From Styela clava (Eukaryota): 64,000 nucleotides of DNA. Of this stretch, positions 53,801 through 64,000 are shown one piece after another (within the stretch, counting starts at the first letter, position 1; each line of letters opens with the position of its first letter). The stretch lies in the NCBI RefSeq assembly GCF_964204865.1, contig NC_135255.1, forward strand, positions 2,046,001-2,110,000, read 5' to 3'. Position numbers and translations under genes: made by a program. The notes under the pieces are model-generated. The model did no database searches and had not been told where the DNA came from. It worked only from the letters and a program-made list of their open reading frames with translations.

Positions 53801-56800
53801 TGTTGAATTGAAACTGGTTTCTGTATTTCAGATCAAAGTTGCCATCTTACAAGGAGAGAAGAATACAATGATTTCAATGGCAATGTTATCATTACAAACT
53901 ATCAATATAGAGGTGTTTATGAATATATTTATTAGAGTAAAAATATTGTATTAGTCTTCAGTGACTAAACTGCAGTACCAGTTAGCCTATGCGACTTACA
54001 CTGAAATCTGATTTGTCAAAAGCTTCAATTGAATATGGCTGATCAAGTCCTACTGCCATAGCAGTTCATGTAGGTAAGGAGCAATTAGCAATTAGCTCTT
54101 GCTAAGTCAGAAAGATGTCAAACTGATCTGATGTAATGCCATGTGCTGGCACAATATCCGACGGTCCATAAGTATGTGTACCAATATGGACTATGGAGGT
54201 AACTAATTTTGTTCTCCTTCTTTGCATCAATGGGACGGAAACCTATTTATGGGCAGAGGGTATATTCACTTGGCTAACACAGACAGTCCCCGAACTCGTA
54301 ATAGAACTAAAATGAGGAAAATCTGAATGAAATTATGGCCTAACACCCTAACCCTAACCTGGTACACATACTACGGTAGAAACAACACCGTAGGTATAAC
54401 AAAATTTTTGGTGAAAAATGGTGAAAATTAATATTGATTCATTCATTTTGGAGAAAAGCGATTTTTTTCCTAGCAACAAATGTCACCTCAACAACAACAA
54501 CAAGAATTTGGCAAAACGATCTAGGTGTAAAATTTTTGCCCCATGTTTATATTAACTTTTTAAAAAATGATTCACTTTGTGAACCAATTTCAGCATGCAT
54601 ATTATTGTCTTACACAGAATCTTCCAATAAAATATGAAAAACCAACTGATGAATCATCAAAGTCAGAGATTGAAGAAGAAAAAAAAGTATCTGAGGAGAA
54701 AGATAATGATAAGAAGCCAGAAGAGAAAGGTTCGTAAATTAATATCCATGTTTGCACTTCTGAGATAAAACAAGTTTAAGCAGTAGCTCACTTCAGAATA
54801 TATCAACTTTTTTTCAAAGATACTTTTTGTAACATTTCAAAATGCACGGTATAGACATAAACGTATTTCATTCTTTGGATAATGGTGTTATTGTCTTTTC
54901 AATTATAAGTAAAACTTCACCAATAGATTTGGGTTTCAAGGCACAAAGTTTCATGCCATATTTGAATACAGCATTATGGCAACTTTCTTTTTTGGAATGC
55001 TTAGAGAATAAAGATATGGGGCAAATATGAATTTTAATTAAAGCTCGGTTGTGAGAATCTACTACACTGTTCAAAAGATTTATCTGTAGAAATCCATTAT
55101 CTAATATTTTATATAAAATAACACAAAAAAATCATACAATCCAACTTTAATTTTGAATAAAATGTTGAGTATATAGACTACTGAGCATAGGCTAGATACC
55201 ACTAAACCTGGCCTCATCACCATCTCATTCCTGGTGAACACCAGCTTCTAAATAGCAATAAAATGAAACAATAACATAATTATAATACAGATATGCCTGA
55301 AGAAGTTCAAACTAAACCAGAAACAACAGAAGAACTATCTGAAATTGACACAGCAATTTTATCAAGAGATCCAGTATTTGTTTCTTTGCAAGGAATAAAA
55401 CTTGGAATTGGTATGTTATCAATACTTGACTTATTACCTCGCTTTTTTTTGGAATTTTCTAAAATACATTTATGGAGTTTAGGAAATTAAAAGGGGCGTG
55501 ATGGCATGGAGGTTAAAGCGGTTCATTTCATTATGATGGTATTGCCGATTTGAAATCTCTGGTTTTAAATTCCATGCCCACCGCCTCACACACAGTGTAT
55601 TAAATTGGATAGGAAATGCAGAACTGGAAAGATTACGTTTTTTTTTTTATTAAAGCAGCTCCTCACTTAACAGAGGCTCTTTGTGCATAGCCCTGTGTGG
55701 AGTGTGTATAAATATTTGTATAGTATGGATCAAATCACTAAACATTTGAACAAAAATCTCTTCCATTCTTCATATCTTCTAAAATGAATTTTCTATGAAG
55801 AAGGATTGATTTTTCATTTGGACATATTCATTTTGTTGATGGTCTGAAAATGAAATGATTTATAAATCTGTACATTTCAAATTTCACAGTGTATTGAGTC
55901 AGGTAGAGCCTACCTGGAAAGATTCAGACCCTTTAATTGAAGCAGCTTGTATAGAAAATGTTTAAGTTGAATTTTAAATCACCACATTTTTAAACAAAGA
56001 CCTTAATATCTTATAAAATGAATTTTTGGCACTCCAGAAGTGTGTGTACCAATATGAAGGTAACTAATTTTGTTCGCCGACTTTACATCAAGTTGTGTAA
56101 AGGGACTGAAGCCTATGGGCAGAGAGTATATTCACTTGGCTAACATAGGCCCCAAACTCGTAGTAGAAATAAAATAAGGAAAATTGGGATAAAATTATGG
56201 ACTACCGAATTTTTAATGAAAAGGATTTATTTTTCATTTGGACATTCATTTTGTTGATAGTTTGAAAATTAATTAATTTATGAATTTGTATATTTTAGCA
56301 AAATATCTTAATTTTATTTATTAGGTGGTCATGGGCATTCAGAAATAGGAAAATTACCAATGATGTTTTATCTTGTTAAAAAAGAAATACCAAAATATGT
56401 AAACAAAGAATGCAACACAGAGAGTATAAGAGAACTTGTAAAAGATGTCGTAGGTTAGTATTATCTCATCATGTTTGCTTTTCAACAATATACTATTCTA
56501 GAATTCGATTTTTTATTTCATTTCGATATTTTTTCAAAAAATTGACATGGATATATTAGGCAGCACATTTGAGATGCGAATCATGATTCACTGAAATATT
56601 GAACTTTATGTATAATAAAACTTTTGATAATCAATGAAAAAAATTTGGTTCTTTTCTTTTCCATAAATTATAGTGGAAATCTATTTCAAATATTTGAGTG
56701 TGAATGTATTTGTATTCTTGACTTTTTTCCATGTAATCTCTGACGGTACCTTGTTTAGTATATGTTTTCAATTTATTTTGGTATTTTTAAATATTTAAAT

Positions 56801-59800
56801 CATAGTTCATGAATTTTTTACTTTTGTATCATCCAATGCTTAAGCACTTGAATTTCTACAACAAAATTTCAGTAATCTAGATCGCTTTGCACAACAGTTA
56901 TGTTCTACAATATGTTCCATATAATTCTTATCACTAATTTGTGCCTAAAAATTTGCTTTAACTAGAAATAAATTTTCTGTTATTTCTCATTCTAACTTAG
57001 GTGTTGATCTGGATCAGATATCAAAAGACGATTTAATAAATTTATTGAGCAGAGAATACAATGATGTTTGTACTTCTGCTATGTCATTTGCATCTTCATC
57101 TTCTCATAAATCAGTGAGTGTCTTCAATTTTATCAAAATTAAAAAAACTAGTATTCAAGTGGGACATTCAGATTTTGTTGTATAGTCTCACAAAGTGTAT
57201 AAAAGATATACCATATTTCTCGCATCCGCATTTTAGCACAGAAATTATGAGAAATTTGTAGTTTTCATGGATATACTAATATCTGATTTTGTTTTCACTC
57301 TTGCACCGCTGGTCATTTGGTTTTGTTTTGCAGAAGCATTTCGGGTATTTGTCTATTTTGTGTTAACTACATCTCTGCTTGAATATGCACTGATTGATAT
57401 GTTTGACACCTAATGGTCTGCATCAACAAAATCGAACAAATCAATTTAGCAAACATTTTGTAGGTCCACTCAGTTTCCACTTAGTAAGATATGTATCTTC
57501 CCGAATGCCGAATATTAATGGAAAATATTAATATTAAAAACCTGATGATGTCAGTGACTCTTTTTGTAATTCAGGGATTTATTGCACCTGAAGAGTTGGA
57601 AGCAATTCAAGAACAACATGATAAAGAATTACAAAATATCCAAGCAGAATATGAGATGAAACTTCAGCAATTATTATCAGACATGGAACATATGCAGCAT
57701 GTTCAACACACAAGAACACCGGTGAATATTTCTAATAAAAACCAAACAAAATAGTATTTTTTGCTAAAGTAAAAGTATAAAGTCAGTTTAGTAATGCATA
57801 AAAATGTGTATAAAATATGACTTTGAAAGTTTTTAACTGATAAATAAAGAAGGCTTACATAGATGAAGTTTTTTATAGTCAAAAATCAATGTCATCAAAA
57901 TTGTATCAAAATTTTTGTCAACCAGGAGTCTTGATTGTTAAATTGGGTCCTGAATTGTTTTTATTAAATGGGTCATAGTTGGAGATACGAATAAATTTCT
58001 CTGACTTGTGTAGGACAGATTGGATATACTCGATTCCACACCTTTTGTGGAGCTGTTTGGTTAACATAATGGAACGTTTATTGATATTGCTCGACACACG
58101 AGACATGGCTACTGTATCACCGCAATAGCCATCTCATCAAGCATAGTTTAACCTATGATCCCTCTTACAGAATCTGTTGTTATATTTATAATACTTTTGA
58201 AATGATTATAAAAAATTTGTCATTCAGGTACAAATTGCAGTGACTTCAGAACAAGAATTAAATCAAGAAATACAAATCTTGAGTGAAAATAGGATTCCGG
58301 TTGAAGAAGGTAATAGCATTCTCATAGGCTACTGCTTATATTGAGCAATTTTATTTTGACTCTATAATTAGGATAAAGGCGATATATGGAAGATTATAAA
58401 AACAAGGATGAAATTACGTAGTAGTAAATTTATTATATTTCACTAGCATTGATTTTTTGAATTGTTGTCATGGTCTCCTTAGTGGATTTGAAAGCTACCA
58501 CACAAGTGATCAAGCTGAATCGCTAAGTATTAGTCTATTGCACTTAACATATATTTTTTAAAATAATTCAATCTCGCATTTTGATATGAATTTCAAGTAG
58601 AATCTACTTCTCCACTCATATGTTACAGCTCTCTATTCCTACTGGATTTGGGAAAGGAAAGCTTTTTGCCACAATGTGCTCATGAATTTCTTTATTAAAT
58701 ATGAAATTTTAACAATTTTAATGCCGTAGTAACTTTTGAATTTGACAGAAGAATTGCAGTTTGTACAGGATACGGGTGTTGCAATCAGAGGTTCAAGAAA
58801 ACCAAGACCACCTGTTTTACCTGATTGGGGAGCTCATCTGCCTAAAAATGTGAGTACTGTATTGTCATCACATCTTTGTACCCTGGATGGGTTCAGAGGA
58901 CTGCTGGACATCATAGGCTGGTTTACGTCAAAGCAGGTCGGTAACTACTTCCTCCTCTACAAAATTCCGCTCATATTTGAACCAATAACTAACTTACCTG
59001 ACATGGAAGGGTAACACCTAGACAAGAGGCAGCGTTCCTTCATGTGTCATCTTATCCACTTTCCTCTCCTTTGAGATAAAATATAATATTCCTATTACTA
59101 AACAATTTCACCATGTTGTGATGTTAAAATTTGTAGGTTTGGGTTCGTATGAAAATGTTGACAGAAGAAATGATTGAGAAACGACATCAATTAGAAGGGA
59201 GAGTACGAAGACAGATTGCCTCAAATATTGAAAAGAAATTGGCTTCACAGTACAAGTAAGCACAAGACTTGCAAAATAGAACATGCTTGAGATTTTACCT
59301 AAAAATCGTATGAAATTCACCAAGGAATTTGTTTCAGAAACTAAATGTTTGATAAAAATGCTATTAAGTTCAACAAAATTCAAAGCCATTTATTTTTGGT
59401 AAGTGAGACAGTTAAAATTTAGAAACTACGAAATTTTTGTGCTAAATCAAGTAACATGATGGGAATTTTTGTTATAAACGGTGCATGTGATGTGCTCTTA
59501 GTTTATATATTATTAGTTACAGCCATGATGGTCATTATGAAGAAATTGTACAGTGAAAATTGGTTTGGAATCTGTTATCCTTTTCATTGTTTTTCTCTTT
59601 CTTAGACTACAGCGTGCAAATAACACTATACAAGGGCCTTTGCAAGATGTCAGTCTGCCCGCTGTTTTCATGCCATCTAGAACTGGGAATGTATATAATC
59701 CTCGTGCACATTTATATTTCCATCCCACTGGAACATCTGGTGATCTACGTTTATCTCAGCCTCCATCAATATTTCAACTTCCTCCATTACCAGAAAAGGC

Positions 59801-60530
59801 TGTATCCTTTCACACATTATTTAGTTTTATGCAATCACATAAATGTTTGATTACCTTGAAAGGCAAATTTAGAGCATAATTTAGGATAGGATTAATTTTT
59901 GTATGATACCAGCTAGGAGAAAGCTTAATAAGACGACATGATTGTTTGTTAGACTTCGATTTAATTTTGATTAAAGCTCCAAAATTATTTTTGTGAAGTT
60001 TGAATTTTATTAAAGTAGATATACATGCTGACTTCATTACACCCTCAGTGATGGATCTGTTAGGGGTGCAGATTGGTGGGTTAACATCTGTTTCATCACC
60101 CTAGGTATTGGGAAAGCACTTTCCCTTGCACCACTCACTGATTATTCTGTGTGGATTTGCTAGACTCATCATTGACACAGGGTGGTTGTATTCTCAAACC
60201 CAACCTGGTAGATCAAAAGGATGTTGTTCATACGAATGTTGGATGTTCAAGCCATTCTTTAGTTTTAGCAGAGTAAATATATCACAAGAATTTGTCTAAA
60301 CTCAAACCAAAATGAACTGATTACTTGTTCCTGAACTTCAATTATCACAGAGACTTACCGTTGTCAATCTGTTTGATTTGAGTAAAAATTTCCAACAAAA
60401 TTCATCTACGGACTGGCTTACAAGGATCGCATCAGCAGCTCAACCAAAAGGTTCTCGAGCGACAACGGCAGCTACCAGAGCATCTCGACTTGCAACACCA
60501 AATACACCTGCACCTACAGCAAATATTTAG
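44897..60530 (+). CDS. Uncharacterised ~935-aa protein, 23 exons: acidic N-terminus, coiled coil, possible split C2-like segment, Pro-rich C-terminal domain
   Basis: Hand-spliced exons: 44897-45050, 45482-45617, 46214-46317, 47193-47314, 47646-47719, 48446-48507, 49963-50067, 50541-50650, 50949-51102, 51641-51796, 52294-52368, 52833-53008, 53832-53912, 54618-54729, 55291-55410, 56325-56453, 57001-57113, 57575-57721, 58228-58309, 58749-58849, 59137-59255, 59606-59801, 60351-60530. All GT-AG with consistent phases; 2808 nt total ending in TAG. AATAAA at ~61091. Confidence 0.85.
45703..46114. mobile_element. MITE with ~45-bp TIRs (PIF/Harbinger-like ends) in an intron
   Basis: ggccatgttcac..acgtgagtacttctagttggcgaggcgcac / gtgcctcgccaactagaagtacttacgt..gtgaacatgcgcc. 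Confidence 0.7.
46773..47079. mobile_element. hAT MITE, inverted copy of 11629-11928
   Basis: ctgacatgggcaa ... ttgcccacccgtg; TSD ctctaaag / ctctaaaa. Confidence 0.8.
56028..56206. mobile_element. GG..CC MITE family copy (internally deleted)
   Basis: ggcactccagaagtgtgtgtaccaatatg ... ggactacc with exact TSD gaattttt (56020-56027 / 56207-56214). Confidence 0.7.
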
Positions 60531-61967
60531 ATGCTGTATCAATTGGAATATGGATTTTGCGGTACGGAGCTTTTCGAGATTTGTATATTCCATCAGTAGA
60601 CCATTCTAAATAATTATGAGATGCTTCACTTCAAACAAGGCTGGGAGCAAGCATCCAATGCTAGATATTAAATTTCATGCAAGTTTCTGGTGTCAATGTC
60701 TTTACCAGCTCTCCAGAATGTTCTTTCCACATAATAACCTTTTTGATATATTCACACAGGATTTTTTTTTGTCATATCAAGATTTCATTCCTGAATATAC
60801 ATTGCATTTCACAAAAACTTCTCAATACACATGACAATATAATTCCTACTGCCGGAATACAATTAAAAGCTACTAGTTCTGTAAAAACTACCTTAAGTCG
60901 TAAGTCTATAATGTCGAGCTTATCATGAAACAATGTATGCGACAATCCCACTCATATGTGGTGGTATATTTTTTTATATACTACATATTTTGTTTTATAG
61001 AATTTCATTCAGTGTTGCTTAGGCTTTGATCCAGTTTATTTTTTGTATTTTTCATTGTGTCATGCATGCCCGATCATGTTACCTTTTGAAAATAAAGTTA
61101 TGCAAAATATGCTGTAATATAGAGTTATTGCTTGTTCATAAGGTAAGTAGATATCGTCACTGAACTTTGTGACTTGGGTTTTTATTCAGGGCTGTTTAGT
61201 TTGCAATAGCCCCCCTTCCTATCTTGAAAAATTTCGGACTTTAACTTCAGGTTATTAGAAAAATTTGAACTCTAGAAAATCGAACTTTGATAATGATAAA
61301 CTTTCTAACAGACTAATAAACGCTAAACTGTCGTTGACGAGTTTGAAAATATACGACCCTGCTACATACAAATCCAAGTTTACATCTTTAAGCTGTTTTC
61401 CTTTATCTCACAACTCTCAAGAGTCCTATATTCTGTGACAATAACAAGATGCATTTATTTAAGAAACGTTTAAAAATCAATCAAAAATTTTGAAAATGAA
61501 AAACAACACAAACCAAGGCATTGAAAATATGCGATGTGTTTTATAGAAACATTATTCCAGTTCCAACTTATGGAAACACAATTATCAGAACTAATAATTC
61601 CACACAAAAGAACTTGAATGAACTGGTAACATTTTACCAATAGTAAAGATCAGATAAATGAATTTTTCATCACAATCCTCAAACTCCCGATTGGCAACGA
61701 TCAATTACGAACTCAATCCATATCTGGGGATAGTCATTACTAGGTTAGCTTAACTAACCTCACACTCGACACTTTATACTACATGACAAATAAGCTTCAT
61801 AGCAATTCAACTACAAATTAATCTTTGTATAAGAATTTTGTTAATCGAAACTTGGTGAGATTTTATGCGATTTTTCGGAACTTACGTAGTAAGTGATAAT
61901 GGCAGGGTGAATGCGGATAATGAGAATGCAGATTATCCAAACAAAAAGCAAATTTGACAGGTTAGAC

Positions 61968-62226
61968 GTGACATGGGCAAACTACAGCCCGTTGGGTAAT
62001 TCAATCTGGCCTGCTTGATGCCGCCACAACGTTAACTATAACCAAATTTTGAAGTTTTAGCTAAAAAATACCTCTATTTGTTGAGATTGTGATTAAATTT
62101 AGTTTTGGCAAGAGGCCTATTGTTTTTGCTTTTGTAACATTGTGAATATTGTTCATAAAATGTAACTTTTTATGTCACGTTGACATGGACCGCAAGTCTA
62201 GGTGGGTCAAAAACTACCCACCACTG
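61968..62226. mobile_element. hAT MITE, further copy of the 11629 family
   Basis: gtgacatgggcaaactac ... ctacccaccactg; flanks ggttagac / ttatagac. Confidence 0.7.
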
Positions 62227-63347
62227 TTATAGACCCTGACTCAGGAATTCAACATTACGAGAATTACAAAGTATAAAATGATACAATATTATTCTATGCG
62301 TTAATTTCTGAATTACCCACATGAAAATTGATTAAAGATTAGACAGTTAATTATGAAAATCCAACAATAGGAGAAATAAACACAATAAAATCTGACAAGA
62401 AAAACAATTGCATCATGGCAATAAACAAGCAATATCCACCTTGATATATCAACAGTGCAGTTCAATAATACAGCAGGCAGCATCAAATCTTTATTTTTAA
62501 ATCCAATACTACTCTATATCAGAAAAAATTTAGAATATTTCGTTCATATTATTTTGCAGTAATGACAATAACGCATCAAAGCATTGTGCATATACTCAAC
62601 TTAGTCATCAATTATTCTAATGTACTTCAATTATTCGTCTGTTAAAAAAAAAGGCAGTGCTTATAAACACGATAATAAATTGAAAATATTCTGGAAAATA
62701 GATTGCATTAGCTTAAAATCATCATCGCATCGGGGGCTCTCCTTAAATAGGAGGCATTGATAAGAAATATTTAGATCAAACTATGTATCGAAATTGATAC
62801 AAAACAAACAATGATATGTGATCACCGATGAAAAAAAAAACTTCCGAACATACTCATGTAACCTTTCATGAAATACATAAAGTCAACTTATTTGTAGAAT
62901 ATGATATATTGTAATTCACCATATGGGTATCAACACATCCAGTTTAAAATCTGACAAAAAAATGAAACAAAAAATATAAACACCCATCACTTCATATTGA
63001 TAGAAGTGACCCAACCACAGAGCTAAAGCGAATCTGGGCTTTAGGAAGAAATAAATGTAAGTATTTCAAGACTGGGTTTGTGCAATATTTTACCTTTATT
63101 TTATTCAATACTCAGATTATAACGTTATTATATATGGGCTTTGGCTGGATGGAATCTTTTTTCATTATTGGGAATCAGACAACACCATGTTGCAATGAGG
63201 AACATTCTGTATTTGCAATTTGCGACTGAGAAAAACCACTGGGGCTGCATTTAATTAGTACAAAATGAGATTTATTTCACTGCATTATTAAACACTTCAA
63301 CTGAAACCCTAATCTCCGTTTAATTTTATTTGTTGAACAATACAAAA

Positions 63348-63694
63348 TTACATTTGTATTTCATCAGAGCATTTTATGGTATGTTGAGAAACAGGTTGCA
63401 GAATGAAATCATTCTCTCCAGTAGATTGTAAACTATCTTCTGTTATGTCAAAAAGGTCACTAATAGGTTCGCTGTCATCAAGTCCAAATAAGTAAGAAGA
63501 CTCATCCAAGGCAGGTGATAGTGGAATAAGAAAGGACGTTGCTGAAGAATCTACAATGCCTGAATCATCACCAACAATGCAATTGTATTGATCTTCAGTT
63601 TGTTGGAGAAGAGATTGTCCTTCTTCGATCGTGTGAGAAATATTTTGATGAGCCACTAGTGCTGATTGATAGCGATCTGAAGGTGCCGATTTTC
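63348..63694 (-). CDS. E2F: Terminal exon of an activator-type E2F transcription factor (E2F1/2/3-like) carrying the transactivation/Rb-binding region
   Basis: After acceptor ttcacag it reads ..FLIPLSPALDESSYLFGLDDSEPISDLFDI.., matching the E2F pocket-protein-binding motif (LSPP...DY.FGL...EGI.DLFD). The rest of the gene lies beyond the window. Confidence 0.8.
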
Positions 63695-64000
63695 CTGTGA
63701 AATTTCATAACATTAATTTAGGGTAAAGACAAAATTAATGAAATGCCCGGGACAAAATTGATATAAATATAAACATTTATTGTTTTAGGTTTGTATATTA
63801 ATTAATCTAACAATAGCAAAACCATGCAAACTAACATATCAAGCAAAGAAAGCAAAATTTGATTATCCGAACCTACAGTCTTTTGAGTACTAGATGGGTA
63901 TGATCAAAGTTACTGTATACAGAACAATGAGTTTTTGCGGCAAAGACCAGTGAAAAACTCCCGAAAAGACACAAACGAGTTCAATGACTTACTATGCAAA

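Noticed and set aside
63877-64000. Possible penultimate E2F exon
   Set aside because: I could not find a stop-free frame with a phase compatible with the terminal exon.

Overview
AT-rich eukaryotic (animal) genomic DNA with GT-AG spliced genes; gene content and repeat landscape look like an invertebrate chordate, possibly an ascidian (inference only). Genes from left to right: last exon (SH3 domain) of a cortactin-like gene (+); an intronless 487-aa ORF of unknown family with an N-myristoylation motif (-); a complete 19-coding-exon EXTL3 heparan-sulfate glycosyltransferase gene (-, ~940 aa); a possible decayed spliced gene (+); an intronless CFAP276/C1orf194 gene (+) with an upstream RFX X-box; a 23-exon ~935-aa acidic/coiled-coil gene I cannot name (+); and the last exon of an E2F1/2/3-type gene (-). 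Introns and spacers are dense with non-autonomous elements: hAT MITEs with 8-bp TSDs, a GG..CC-ended MITE family with telomere-like cores (Merlin-like), a foldback element with 16-bp tandem arrays and a 9-bp TSD, a Helentron/DINE-like element, and two tRNA-derived SINE families. There are no prokaryotic-type systems, CRISPR arrays or intact transposases. All exon coordinates were read by hand.
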